This document shows, one piece after another, positions 13,711 through 27,489 of a stretch of DNA of 64,000 nt. The notes under the pieces were generated by a model. It was not told where the DNA came from. It made no database searches and saw only the letters and a list, made by a program, of their open reading frames with translations. Source of the stretch: Eledone cirrhosa (Eukaryota). The stretch lies in NCBI GenBank assembly GCA_964016885.1, contig OZ024740.1:131874001-131938000 (forward strand), written 5' to 3'. The first letter of the stretch is position 1, and each line of letters opens with the position of its first letter. The position numbers were made by a program, and so were the translations under genes.

Positions 13711-14202
13711 CAATAACAGAGATAGCATAACGCTAAACTCCGACTGGTAACAATCTCACTCAACAAACATTAGGTTATATCTTAGTATAACCCAGTTTAA
13801 GTGTTTGGCGTGCTAACTGTATGTATTTTGTGGAAAGCCAGTTGTATTATTTTATGAGATATAATTAAAGTTAAAATATATCTCTCTTTCCAAACAATTG
13901 TTTCATTATAAGTTTTCTACAAATTGGGAGAATGTTTCCAGTTTATGTAGAAGCCTAACATATATTCATGTAAGAATATATTTAGGTGGGCACTTATAAA
14001 TCTTCAGTGGAAGCCCATTAAACTTTGATATAAGAAAACATTCTTACCGCAGTTAAAAGTCGTGTCTGCTAAGCTGCTCCTTCACGCATCGAATGACCGC
14101 CAAATTTGAAATTCCAGCAGTCTTTTGACTGAGGAAGTTTCATAGCGTCACGCAGCGGGAAAGGGAGACAACCACGATACACGAGAAAAGAAAAAAATAA
14201 TA

Positions 14203-15376
<1,174 letters not shown>

Positions 15377-15524
15377 ATATTATTGTTCTGCATCCTCCTG
15401 CATTGAACCACCTAGGTACTATGACATAACCTGCGTATTTGCTGGCATTAGTGTACATCTGTACGCATATGTTAGTAGATATACTAAATTCTCTCTCTAT
15501 ATATATATAGAGAGAGATATATAT

Positions 15525-17366
15525 TAGTATATGTTGCTTGTTTACTGACACCTCAAATGCAGATTGGAACACTCGACGAATTACGCAGGGTGGTTTGGTT
15601 ATTACCGAGTAATGTAAAATAATTAAGTTAACTATTTTAAATTTGGCTTCGTTTATTAAAGATGTACTGCTATATATATTGCGGTGACAGCCATCATTGT
15701 CTGTGACCTCTTCAGGCATTTCGAATTGGTGTGGTAGAGACAGGTACACATGTTGAAGTGTTTTACTCCGTCAATAGGTTGTTATTTCTCTGAGGAACTG
15801 GAATCATATGAATTCGAACAAACGAATTTCGGCGTCATAGGACACTCTCCCCTCCCATTGTTCAGTTGTGAGAACATTCCTCAGTCAAAAGTCTATAGAC
15901 ATTTTTCTGAAGCAAGACAATCTGTTGTGGTTGTTTTTGTTAAGTACAGCTGACCTCCTCAACTGTGTTGGTAGTGGTAGTGGTGTTAAGGGGTCAGCTG
16001 ACAGGTCAGCTTTGGTTTGCAGCTGCTATGTTCAGAAGAATGTGTGTGTGTGAGTTGGCATCTATCCTGCCACAATTTCACGTGGCGGGGGCAAATTAGA
16101 TAAAATAACTAAGATAAAATAAAATGAAGTGATAAATAAATTTAAAAAATAAAATAAAATAAAATGCGTTACAACCAATATCAAAGTTTGAAAGATTTGG
16201 AAAATGTTTACTAAAGTAGAAAAGCCGTGTGTCAGAATCGAGAAGCGCAAAGGATTACAATCTTTACACTATCACGGGTGTTGCGTTTTAAAGGCAAATA
16301 ATACAAGAGTGGAGTGTAAACACCAGAACCCGAGTGTCAAAATCCGGAAATGCGTAGGACTACAGTTCCTATTTCGGTATAAAGTGCATATACGTGTATG
16401 TCAATGCACATCGTTGCAAGCACACACGCTCAATATAAATATATATACACATACACATACACATTCACACACACATGTAAGTATCTGTGTATGCACAATC
16501 TTAAACAACAGTATCTATGTATGGACCAATGCATAAGTTTGCGTTGCCATAGGATTCGATCGAGGCAGTGTTAGAGGTGGTGATTGTGTAGGGGGTGGTT
16601 TATCGTGGACTCGGTGTGGCGAGGCTACTGTCCCTATAGCTTGAGGGAAGTTCCCATTACAATGTGTTGTTATTGTCCATATAGCTTGAGGAACGTCCCG
16701 ACCCTTGGCTGTCTACATGTCCCGAAGAAGTCACTCCTGGTGTTTATTAGGCTGATTCCACTGCCGATTATCTCGAGGGTCTCGCTCAGACATAGTTTGC
16801 AGATGCCAGATCCCCCTTTATCATGTGGTACTTTCCTGATTTGGGACCAGGCCAGAGAGTACGGGGTCCTGTCCAGCTTGAGCTTCCAGATCAGTTCGGA
16901 AAGAGGGGTACTTTTCCTTTTGTCCTCCCTATTACGGGAATGGCGATGGTTATACCATCGGTCTTTAAAGCTCCTATGTAAAGGTGTTCAGAGTTGGGGG
17001 ATTTTAATCTACATCCGAATATTAAGTTCTTCCTTAGGCATTCATTAATAAGGGGGCATAATGCGGGGTTTCTGCCGTTGAGAAGGTGGTCAACCCCCGA
17101 GTGCCTAATGTGGGTTTTGGTTGCGTATTATATGGTGGTCCTCCCTCGAGCCCGGTAAGGGATCCCTGTGTCTGTTTGGGTTTCCAGTGTTGGTACTGGG
17201 TCCACCCTTCATTCCCTCCACATGGTTCTGCTGGGTGCTTATATTGCCAGGTGACGGTTGTGTGTGGTTTTTAAGTCTACCCCTATTGATGCTAGCTATG
17301 TGCTGGGCCACATTTCGCGTGGTAGAATACGGGACCTTCATATTGTGTCTGTTGAAGATATTGTGA
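15525..17366 (-). mobile_element. Penelope-like element family 1, inverted 5'-truncated copy
   Basis: Its reverse complement matches ~19718-21690 (GIY-YIG region, 3' UTR, HHR) and then runs into the leader seen at ~17600-17695. Confidence 0.85.
15666..15718 (-). ncRNA. Hammerhead motif of PLE family 1, GAAA mutated to GCAA
   Basis: Minus strand reads TGC-CTGAAGA-GGTCACAGACAATGATGGCTGTCACC-GCAA-TATATA-TA-GCAGT. Confidence 0.7.
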
Positions 17367-17497
17367 GCTCTAAATAATTCATATGATGACAGTTCCTCAG
17401 AGAAATAACAACCAAACCAGGAGCTGAATATATCGGATTATTGACGGAGAGAAAATCTCCAACAATATGTGTACCTGTCTCTACCACACCAATTCGG

Positions 17498-17550
17498 CTG
17501 CCTGAAGAGGTCACAGCCAATGATGGCTTTCACCGAAATATATATAGCTG
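17498..17550 (+). ncRNA. Type I hammerhead ribozyme in the 5' pseudo-LTR
   Basis: CTGC-CTGAAGA-GGTCACAGCCAATGATGGCTTTCACC-GAAA-TATATA-TA-GCTG: intact core, palindromic stem III. Confidence 0.8.
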
Positions 17551-20353
17551 TACATATTGAATAAACGAAGTCAAATTTTAAATATTTGACTTAATTATTT
17601 TACATTATTCCAGAGTAACCAAGCCAACCTGCGTACTTCTTCGAGTGTTCCAATCTGTATACTGAGGTGTCGGTAAACAACAAACATATACTCAAAATGT
17701 ATCTAGCTCCACCACGTGTTGAGCGCTTCAAACAGTAGCGGATTTAAGTGACAATGGAAAAATTGGCAACCATGACGTCAAAGAAGGTTATCCTCCTACC
17801 TGGCAAACGAGAATACACCAGTGATCTCATCAAGAGCACGGACTCCTTTGTCCGTAGAATGAGATGGACGGCTTTCCACTTTGAAAGAGGAACGCCTAAA
17901 AATACCAACACCCAAAACATGGATTACCTTTTTAGATCAAGGAGGAACCCTCCGCACAACAGGCTAATGGAAGAGTTCGAAAACGAGATGATTAATATTA
18001 TCTCCACCTCAAATTCTCCGGAAACCCACCCAGAAGTCAGCAGTACCTCAGACATCTGGGAAACGGGATTACCAAACTTAAAGAGACAACTAGAATACTT
18101 GTCCATGCCGTTAAAACCAATAACCTCTACAACATGTACATTGAATTGTATAATAAGCTAATTCTCAGGAAACTGGGGAAATGCTACAAAAACACCTGTA
18201 TTTACCCAGGATGAGACCACCGCTACAGCTTACAAGATTATATCCGAACTCGGCATAGATGTTAGGATGGCCCCATACCAAGCAGTGCAGCCGAGCATTA
18301 CCTTTAAAGATTACAAGCCAAACTCTGAGTCCGACCTCCCGGTTAGACTAATAGTCCCCTCCAGATCAGACCTAGGGATCGTCAGTAAAAGCATACTAGA
18401 TAGGATTTTGCCCAAGCTTCGGAAAAAAAACTAGATTACAGCAATGGTCATGCACGGGAGAGTTAATAGTATGGTTTAATATACTAACTGAGAAAAGTAG
18501 GACCAGCTTTTTCCAACTGGATATTGCAGGCTACTACTCCCCAATCTCGCCAATGGTACTTAATAAGGCTCTTATCTTAGCGATGTCCAATACGAACCTA
18601 ACCCGTGAGGAGCTGGGTATTATCCACGCCGCCCGAAATACTTTGATCCGTTTCGGTGGAGTCATTTGTACCAGGAGTGATTGGCCAAATAACTTTGACA
18701 TCACGATGTGCTCCAGCGACTCCGCACAGTTAACTGACCTGGGTGGGCTCTTCCTGCTGAAACAGATAAAAGAAGAAAATCCTCTGCCTGGGAGCCGGAT
18801 TGCATCGTGTCGATGCTCTCCTCGCAGTCTATGACCACAGCACCACTATGGTGGAGAGAATGAAGAGGCGAATTGGGCATTTCTTTAAGAACACTGGGCT
18901 CAGTATCGAACTAGACCCAAATAGGACAGTAGTTAACTTCCTAGACACCACCCTAAACCTGAACACCGAGCAATATTACACCTATCACAATCCCAACGAG
19001 AAACTGGTATATATTAATGCCAATTCAAACCATCCTAGATCCATAATTAAGGCCGTAGTGAAGAGTGTCTCGGATAGGATCTTCAGCCTGCCCGCCAATA
19101 AGGAGATCTTCGATAGCAACGCAGAATATTACAACGCAGCTCTACATAAGGCGGCGCATAGCTAAAAGTGATCATATAATCCGAGGCGCCATGATGGGGA
19201 TAACCCATCAGACATCCCGACCCACGGTATCCGGGAGCAGGGGATCCCTAATAGTACGGGCAGAGTGGAAACAACTAAACACCGTGGACCCGAAACTACC
19301 ACATTAGCGAAGGGGACGCGTACGCACAGCCATGGGAGGAAACCCTGTGGGAATAGCTGTCTATAGGGTGATACTAACCACCCCGTTCCCGACGGCCCTA
19401 ACCGCAAGACACGAAGCGGGACTGATGGAGGCCCATGCCATTGTAGTACTCCCAGCGTGGGCAACAACCACCCCAGAGATACGGACCGGGAAGTTATCAA
19501 AACAAATAGCGCCAAACGGGAAGCAGAACGCAGAAACCACTAGCAACCCCAAAACTCCCCAACAGCCCATGGCACACTCAAACCACTCACATAAGAGTAG
19601 ACGCAGAAAAACCACGTTGTACAACCCACCCTACTCAGCGGCCCTAAATAACAGCATGGCCCGCTCATTGTTTAGAGCACTAGATAAATGTTTCTCGAGG
19701 GACCATAGATACCACAAGCTCTTCAACAGACACACTATGAAGCTCTCGTATTCTACGACGCAAAATGTGGCCCAGCACATAGCTAGCATAAATAGGGGTA
19801 GACGTAAAAAGCACACACAACCAGCAGCTGGCAATATAAGCACCCAGCAGAACCATGTGGAGGGAATGAATGGTGGACCCAGTACCCACTCTGGAAACCC
19901 AAACAGAGCTCCGCCACCGGGCCCGGGGGAGGACCACCATTTAATACGCAACGCGAACCCCACATTAGGCACTCGGGGGTCGACCACCCACTTTAACTGA
20001 AGAAACCCCGCATTATGCACCCTTAGTAATGAATGCCTAAATAAGAACTTAATATACGGATTTTGAGTAAAAATCTCCAACTCTAAACACCTTTACATAG
20101 GAGCCACATCAACGAGTTTAAAGACCGATGGTATAACCATGGCCATTCCTTTAATAGGGAGGACACGAGGAAAATACGGCTCTCCCCGAACTGATTTGGA
20201 AGTTCAAGCTGGGCAGGACTCGTACTCTCTGGCCTGGTCCAAAATCAGGAAAGTACCACCTGATATGGGGGGATCTGGCATCTGCAAACTATGTCTGAGC
20301 GAGACCCTCGAGATACTCAGCCGTGGAATTAACCTAATAAACATCAGGAGTAA

Positions 20354-20510
20354 CTTCTTCGGGACATGAAAACACCTCAGGACCAGGGCCTTCCCCAAGC
20401 TATAGGGACTTCTCCGGAACATGTAGACACCTCAGTGCCGGAACCTTCCTCAAGCTATATGGACAATAACAACACATTGAGATGGGCACTTCTCTCAAGC
20501 TATAGGCACA
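20354..20510 (+). repeat. ~55-bp tandem repeat, about 2.5 units, at the PLE ORF end
   Basis: CTTCT.CGG.ACATG.A.ACACCTCAG...CAAGCTATA recurs; CAAGCTATA occurs three times. Confidence 0.75.
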
Positions 20511-20668
20511 GCAGCCCCGCCATACCGAGCGTACGATAAACCACCCCATGCACAATCACCACCCATACCACTGCCTTGATCGACTCCTATGGCAACACAT
20601 ACTTATGCATATACCCGTACATAGATACTGTTGTATAAGATTATGCATACATAGATACTTACATGTGT

Positions 20669-20792
20669 ACAGTTAGTTCACCATACTGAGAACAATTGTT
20701 TCACCTTAGCGGATCATGATTACGAGCTGAGGATCTGCTAAGGTGAAACAATTGTTCTCGGTATGGTGAACTAACTGTTGTGTAACCACTTC
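20669..20792 (+). mobile_element. ~125-bp fold-back mini-element carrying a hammerhead, nested in the PLE 3' UTR
   Basis: 47-bp inverted arms at 20669-20715 and 20732-20778; absent from the paralogous position in the inverted PLE copy (~16440-16480). Confidence 0.8.
20723..20760 (+). ncRNA. Minimal type I hammerhead motif
   Basis: CGAG-CTGAGGA-TCTGCTAAGGT-GAAA-CAATTG-TT-CTCG. Confidence 0.8.
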
Positions 20793-21587
20793 TATATATA
20801 TATATATGTATATATATGGGTATGTATGTGTGTGTTTGTATAATGTGTGTATGTGTGTGTGTATATGTATGCATATGGGATGCACCTGAGCCTGGGTTTG
20901 TGTGTGTGTGCTTGCAACGATGTGCGTTGACATACACGCATATGTACTTTATGCCGAAATAGGACCTGTAGTCCTCTGCATTTCCGGATTTTAAAACGCA
21001 CCACCCCATGATAGTGTAAGGATTGAAATCCTTTGCACTTCTCGATTCTGACACAGCCTTTCTACTTCAGTCAATATTTTCCAAATCTTTCAAACCTTGA
21101 TATTGGTTGATATTGCATTTTTTTCTATTTATTTATTTATTTATTTTCTTTTAATTCCTTCATTTTATTTTATCTTATTTGTTTATCTGCTTGGCACCCC
21201 CCACTACGTGAAATGGTGGCAGGATAGATGCCAACCCACACACACAAATTCTTCTGAACATAGAAGCAGCGAATCAAAGCTGACCTGCCTGCTGACTCCT
21301 TAACACCACTACCAACACAATAGTGGTCAGCTGTACTTAACAAATACAGCCACAAGAGATTGTCTTGTCTCAGAAAAATGTCTGTAGACTTTTGACGGAA
21401 GAATGTTCTCACAACTGACCAATGCGAGGAGAGAGTGTCCTATGACGCCGAAATTCGTTTGTTCGAATTCATATGATTCCAGTTCCTCAGAGAAATTACA
21501 ACCTAACCAGGAGCAGGACTTATCGGACTATTGACGTAGTAAAACACCTCAACAAGATGTGTACCTGTCTCTACCACACCAATTCGG

Positions 21588-21642
21588 ACTGCCTGAAGAG
21601 GTCACAGTCAATGATGGCTGTTACCGATATATATATACCAGT
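21588..21642 (+). ncRNA. Hammerhead motif in the 3' pseudo-LTR of PLE family 1, GAAA mutated to GATA
   Basis: ACTGC-CTGAAGA-GGTCACAGTCAATGATGGCTGTTACC-GATA-TATATA-TA-CCAGT. Confidence 0.7.
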
Positions 21643-21737
21643 ACATCTTTAATAAACGACGCCAAATTTTAAATATTTGACTTAATTATTTTATATATAT
21701 ATAAATATATGTGTGTGTGTGTGTGTGTGTGTGTATA

Positions 21738-23480
21738 CAGCCTTGAGGTAGTCGTTCTCTACACCTCGGTCCCGGCACTCCCGGCCGTCAATATACTGAT
21801 GGAACGCGTCCAATCCACCGACCTATACTGCTTCGGGCTCACCACCACTGACATACACCAACTCCTATCCATCGTCGTCGACAACACCTACTTCAGATTC
21901 CTTGACCAAACATACCAACAAACCTCGGGATTGCCCATGGGATCAAGCCTATCAGGTGTGCTAGCGATCTCTTACATGGACAACCTCGAACGCAAGGCAC
22001 TCAACGCCTGCCACCCCAACGCCGTAGCCTTTATCTCAAGGTACGTGGACGATATCCTCATCCTCACATATTCCCAAGACACGGCGAACATAATCTATGA
22101 GACTTTCAACAACAGGGACGAGAACATTGACTTCAGTGTTGAACAGCCCAACGAAGACTGGTCACTTGCCCTCCTCGACTTCCGAATCAACATCACGGAA
22201 CAGGGAAGGATCCACTGCAACTTCTACCGAAAGGCGGCCTGCAGGGACCTGTTCGTTCACTACAAGTCCGCCCTCCCTAACAGTGCCAAAAGAGGATACA
22301 TCACGAACGAGATCGCGCGAATCAAAAACAGATGCAGCGATCCCGCCGGTGGTGTCACTCATACCAAGCGATTCCTCGAGGTGCTGGAGACGAACGAGTA
22401 CCCTACCTCGATCACAGACAGAATAGGAGACACCAGACGCAAGAGACAGAGAGGCACCCAAGGCAAGTGCTTCCTTAAAATGCCTCACCTGGGCGAGAAT
22501 ACCACCAACGCTATCCGAAAGGCTATACGGAGGGAGGGCCTCCACATCCACCTGGCCCACTCGGGCCCCTCCCTGCGAATTTGCCTCTCCAGGAAACCCG
22601 GTAAATCTAGTGACGCATGCTCCCTCAGAGATTGCCCGATACGCCATGCGAACTGTTGCCTACGTACATACGTCGTGTATAAGATAGAATGTGACAGGTG
22701 CAACCAATACTACATAGGTAGCACAATCCGACCTTTGTACATCCGGATCAAGGAACACACTAAAACCAGAGCCTCGTCTTTCCGGAAACACATAGACAAA
22801 TGCGGAAACAAAGACGGAAGGCCCATTGTCACAATTCTAGCGACTGAAAGAAACGTCGGCACGTTACGTATCAAGGAAGCGCCTTTTTATGAAACGCCTG
22901 CAACCGCAAATAAACAACCGATCAGAGAGAAGCGAAATAAGATGGCTGGTTAATGTAACAAACGATGCAGCAACACACGCACACACACACACAAACGAGA
23001 CAACTACACACACACACAGTAGTATTCCACCATACGAACATACTACACTGCCAATACAGAGGAACAAGGCAACAACACACGCACACACACACACACTCAA
23101 GCGAGACAACAACACACGCACACACACACACAGTAACATTTTACAAACAAGCAGAGAATTGACTGACAGCTAGCGCCATCCCACTGCCTCATTCGGCTGC
23201 TGACCTCTGCCCGACCGACCCCATTTCACGAGCACGCGCGCTCTGCCGAATACCTCAGATATTCAAAACAACAAACAGCGGAGGACGCGTTTCGCACTTG
23301 TCCGACAGACAACCTTTCCGCCACCCCGGAAAACCCCCCAGTTGATGGATGTGAATCCGAAATATATAGGGACTATTAAATCTCTCCCAAGGTAACTCTC
23401 TCTCGTGTTGTTATTTTTATTTTATCCTTTATACTCTTTCCTTCATTCTTCTACACATCTCATACACACCACGCATCTCA
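21738..23480 (+). mobile_element. Penelope-like element family 3, 5'-truncated (RT plus C-terminal GIY-YIG)
   Basis: ORF to 22953 has LYTSVP, YQQTSGLPMGSSLS, RYVDD, LLDF, YRK and VVYKIEC..C..YIGST.RPL..RIKEH. The 3' boundary is approximate. Confidence 0.88.
23334..23372 (+). ncRNA. Degenerate hammerhead at the 3' end of PLE family 3
   Basis: CCC-CAGTTGA-T-GGA-TGTGAA-TCC-GAAA-TATA-TA-GGG; two core substitutions relative to CTGATGA. Confidence 0.55.
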
Positions 23481-23617
23481 ACGTACACCCACTTACATCT
23501 CTCTCTCCACCACCGGATCTTGTTACCCGGAAATTTACCCATTTGCATTGTCGAGGCTTGCAAACGACTTAAATATATTTACTTATTATTCCGCAATGCT
23601 TCAAGCAGACTTCAATA

Positions 23618-23672
<55 letters not shown>

Positions 23673-26122
23673 TTATATGTATATATATATATATACATAT
23701 ATATAATGAATTGAGTATAGAATATTGGCATGTAATAGGTTAGGTGATTTACACTGCGTTTTTCCAATTTGTTGTATATGGTATCGTGATTCCTTTTGAC
23801 AAGCCATCAATCTGTTCATGTATTCTGTTCATGCATTTATTGAATACATTCTACTTTTTGGACATTCTTGTAACACATATATATTGTAGATCTGATTAAG
23901 ATTCTTTATTTTTCCATATGAAACATTGTCAGGTTATGCTCTGAATATAATTTAACATGTAAAGAATATCAGATAAACATGAACAATCTTACTTATTTCA
24001 CACAACCTGTAATTCCCTTCCCATTCTAATCCATATCTTTGTCTTATTTTCCGTGTATATCCTCGTGATAATAATCATTTTGAATATCTTCATAATTGTC
24101 TTCGTCAAGAACATCTGAATTTCAGCCGATTATTGTTATGCCGATCGTGTTATGCATCATTCATTGTTATTCAAGATCTCTTTTATGGTATGGAGAGTAG
24201 GAGATCCTCTAAAATGCATCATATCATCTATAAGTGTATATGAATATTTAAGGACCAAAAACTAATAACCTTCTCCATCGATAATATGTTATTGCATACA
24301 ATGAACACACAATGATACTGAAGTTAATTATCAAACATATACACACGGGAGAACCGTTAAATGCTAGTAAACATGGCTGGAATTTAAGAAGTCACACTAA
24401 TTCTGCAAAAATCTCCGATGGATTAGTGAACAAGATAAATAGGTGCTGGCTATGTAGTATGTAGGCGCTAAAGCCTAGTGAATGGTGATGTTCAACATTG
24501 TCATCTGACATTCTAACTATATAGGTGGAATGTTACGAAGTTCTAAGGAGGTATGATTCAAAACAGTTTCGATGCACAATGTGTCACGTGGTTTGGATTG
24601 GTGGAGTGTGGATTTGACAGCGTTAGGTAGCTGCAGTTAAATAACTTCTGCAGTGTTGCCGTTGACATTTGCTTCTGCAGCAATAGTCATTTTAGCGCGT
24701 TTATGAAGGAATACTAGCCTATAAATCGAAAACACATTTAGTAAGCTTAGTAGCTTATGTCAGTTTGTATAACAGAGATATCACCCGACATTAGGAAATT
24801 GTTTGAGTAAAGCCAGCAGTCTTTGAAATTTGAAGTATATGCTGGCAATGATGGAGAAGTCTAATCTTTTGTGAACAAGGATTCTTTATTTTATGAATGT
24901 GAAAACGATAGGAATATTTATCGGACATGTTTATAACTAGAATTTCTATTGTTGCTGATGTTTATAAATATGTATTTTCCGCAACTAGACAGAAGGAATT
25001 TCAATATTTACACAACGATATTCTCAGTATCTTAGTGTACGAAACCTTAGAAATGTAAAATACAATGTCATAACATATCTTCTTGTAACATCGACATGAG
25101 TCACACACCCACCTAAGTTCTAAGTGTTTCGCAGACACATAGCTATGTTAAATATTACAACGATTCCTGTTTCAAACTTATCTAAATAGATTAATGTAAA
25201 AAACACACTTACAGGTTGGTTTGTTTCATTTATGTACGCATATATTGTGGAATATGTTTATTTCAACATAGAGGATATTGATTAGTATTCGTGAATGAAC
25301 AGTACATACTTTCATAATTAATTTTGCCATGTATAATATTTGTTTATGATATTTCTTACAATTAGTATGATAAAAACAATTCGATGTAAAAAGATATTGA
25401 CAATGGTGAATATTATCTAAAGAAAGAAAGTATTTCACACCAACTAGACACCTAAAACTAACATAAATGTGAAACCTTATATAGTAAGACAGATTGACGA
25501 CAAAGTCGAGCAAAGCTAGTTAGATAACTGAACAGTTAGTCACGTGAAAATGACTTTTCACCATCTAAATTTATGTATATTTTCCTGAATACTATTTGCT
25601 CACTACATATGTGTACAAAATGCTATACGTCTATCTAACAGCCTTTACAATGTCCAGTCATATTTATATCTGCCCTGGCCGTTAAATGTTTTGACACCAT
25701 ATGGAGTAGAAATTTAAAATATTCTCTCTGCTCCCGCAAGATATGAAGTTATTTTGTGAAGTGTGGAACATATATTAAGACAATTCCTCCGATGATTTGA
25801 TTAGGCCATTCAGTACTTTACCAAAATAAATAATCGATTACTTCGATCGATAGTTTTGCTTCGATATTTGGTCTTTGAAACATCGATTTCAGGAAAAGGA
25901 CATTTTACCATCTTAAATTATGCATATTTGCTTGAATACTATTTTCTCTTACGTATGTTTACAAAATGCTATGTGGCTCTCAAGCGATATATGCTTCTTT
26001 AGTTCTCTCTCTATCTCTGTATATATATATATATATATATATATTCACTCACTCACGTGCACATGTACACACACATAAACATACATACATACATATATAT
26101 ATGTATATATATATATATATCC

Positions 26123-26226
26123 TTGTTTCTACATTTTGGCACAAGGCCAGCAAACACCAGTGCATTACTGGTACATTACTTTATCGACCTCGTAAAGATG
26201 AAAGGCAAAGCTAACCTCGGCGGGAT
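26123..26226 (-). mobile_element. tRNA-derived SINE, partial
   Basis: Matches the core and tail of the copy at 43376-43568. Confidence 0.8.
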
Positions 26227-26494
26227 ATATAATGTTTTTTGTTTTGTCACTTTACTGAAACCTGTAAAACATTAGTATTTGTATATTCCTTTGTACCTTT
26301 TATAATTTACTCATCTTTATAATTATCTATTCAGACAATCATAAACAATCTCCTATGATTCTAAATTCCAAATCATTTATACAATCATGCAGCTGTGTAA
26401 GTACTCCTCAAAATATATAAACACCTATCTTTCTCTAATTAGGTGTTTTTTAATATCACATAAATTTCAATTTTCACACAAGTGTTATAATAGT

Positions 26495-26711
26495 GGTTTC
26501 TTAAATAGGCACACGGCCAGTAATTTGGGGGGAGGGCAAAGTCGATTAAAAGGACCCCAGTGCGTGACTGGTACTTCATTTTAACGACCTCTTAAGTATG
26601 AAAGGCAAAGTTAACCTCGGCGGGATTTGAGCTCAGATCGTAAAGAGCCGTAACTCTATGCTGCAAAGCATGCCGTCCGACCCTCTACCGATACTGCCAA
26701 TCCACCTCCCT
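26495..26711 (-). mobile_element. tRNA-derived SINE, full length, with 18-bp target site duplication
   Basis: CACAAGTGTTATAATAGT at 26477-26494 and 26712-26729; A-box and B-box-like head; conserved core GCCTTTCAT....GGTCG.TAAAAT.AAGTACCAG. Confidence 0.88.
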
Positions 26712-27231
26712 CACAAGTGTTATAATAGTAATCTCACTTCATCATTGCAAATATCAGGCGATTTCTAAGTAGTTTCATATGAAACTATTAAACTGAGTTT
26801 GTTTTTATTTTATGTTTCTTTCGATTACTCCTCTTATTGTAATGTCCAGCTTGTGGAAATGTATATATTTGCCGGTTGCCAATAAAATATGTTCTCTATA
26901 GATATCTGCGGTACACATTCAACTGGCTTCTTATTTAAAGGTTATCTAATATATTGCCAAAGAAGAGTAGATTAATGAGTTTTCTTCAATTTGAACCTTT
27001 AAGTATTAATATTTATAGTCCATAAATATAATTGTCACAGACATTTGGTGTGTTTTTTGCTTGTTTATGTACTGAACGTAATCTATTTTTCATGATTATA
27101 GCATATATTTCAGTTTACTGCAATGCTCATAGCTATAAATTAATAAAACTCAAAGCAAATGGATCATATATAAATCATCGTGGTATATGTAGTGTCATGA
27201 TAATGAAGTAAATATATATATATATATATAT

Positions 27232-27422
27232 AGTAATAATAATACATTTAAAGACTAAAATGCAAAGAGCGCTCGATAAGGATAAATATATCAAATATAT
27301 AAGAACCGTAGAGCAAATATTTATTAAAATAACAGATTAAAGTTTAAGCAAATAATCGCTGCTTTCACCCTTAATGGGATCTTCTGAAAGCAGCGATTTT
27401 TGCTTAAATTTTAATCTGTTAA

Positions 27423-27429
<7 letters not shown>
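27232..27429 (-). mobile_element. Truncated fold-back copy of the CAGAAGA-hammerhead family
   Basis: Inverted arms at ~27322-27367 and ~27385-27429; sequence shared with 31857-32034, 33260-33378 and 44810-44897; between (TA)n tracts. Confidence 0.75.

Positions 27430-27489
<60 letters not shown>

Larger units (their letters stand above)
17368..21695 (+). mobile_element. Penelope-like element family 1, full length, decayed, with direct pseudo-LTRs
   Basis: Broken ORF from ATG 17754 to ~20385 (RRMRWTA, VRLIVPSRSDLG, FDITM..SDSAQ, NFLDTTLNL, NSNHP, YNPPYS, YIG, CKLC). ~17376-17600 is repeated at ~21466-21692. The motif set resembles the Hydra PLE clade (inference). Confidence 0.88.

Noticed and set aside
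14120-14195. CTGAGGA followed by GAAA/GATA as another hammerhead
   Set aside because: No convincing stem II or cleavage-site geometry.
19998-20369. TGA codons at two conserved Cys positions of the PLE family 1 ORF (N*R at 19998, T*KH at 20367), suggesting selenocysteine as in some Naiad PLEs
   Set aside because: The inverted paralog has GGC and TGT at these sites, family 2 has Cys codons, and this copy has many other stops. Ordinary decay is more likely.
23720-25500. Decayed LINE or DNA-transposon remnants
   Set aside because: Only vague motif echoes; no reading frame could be reconstructed.
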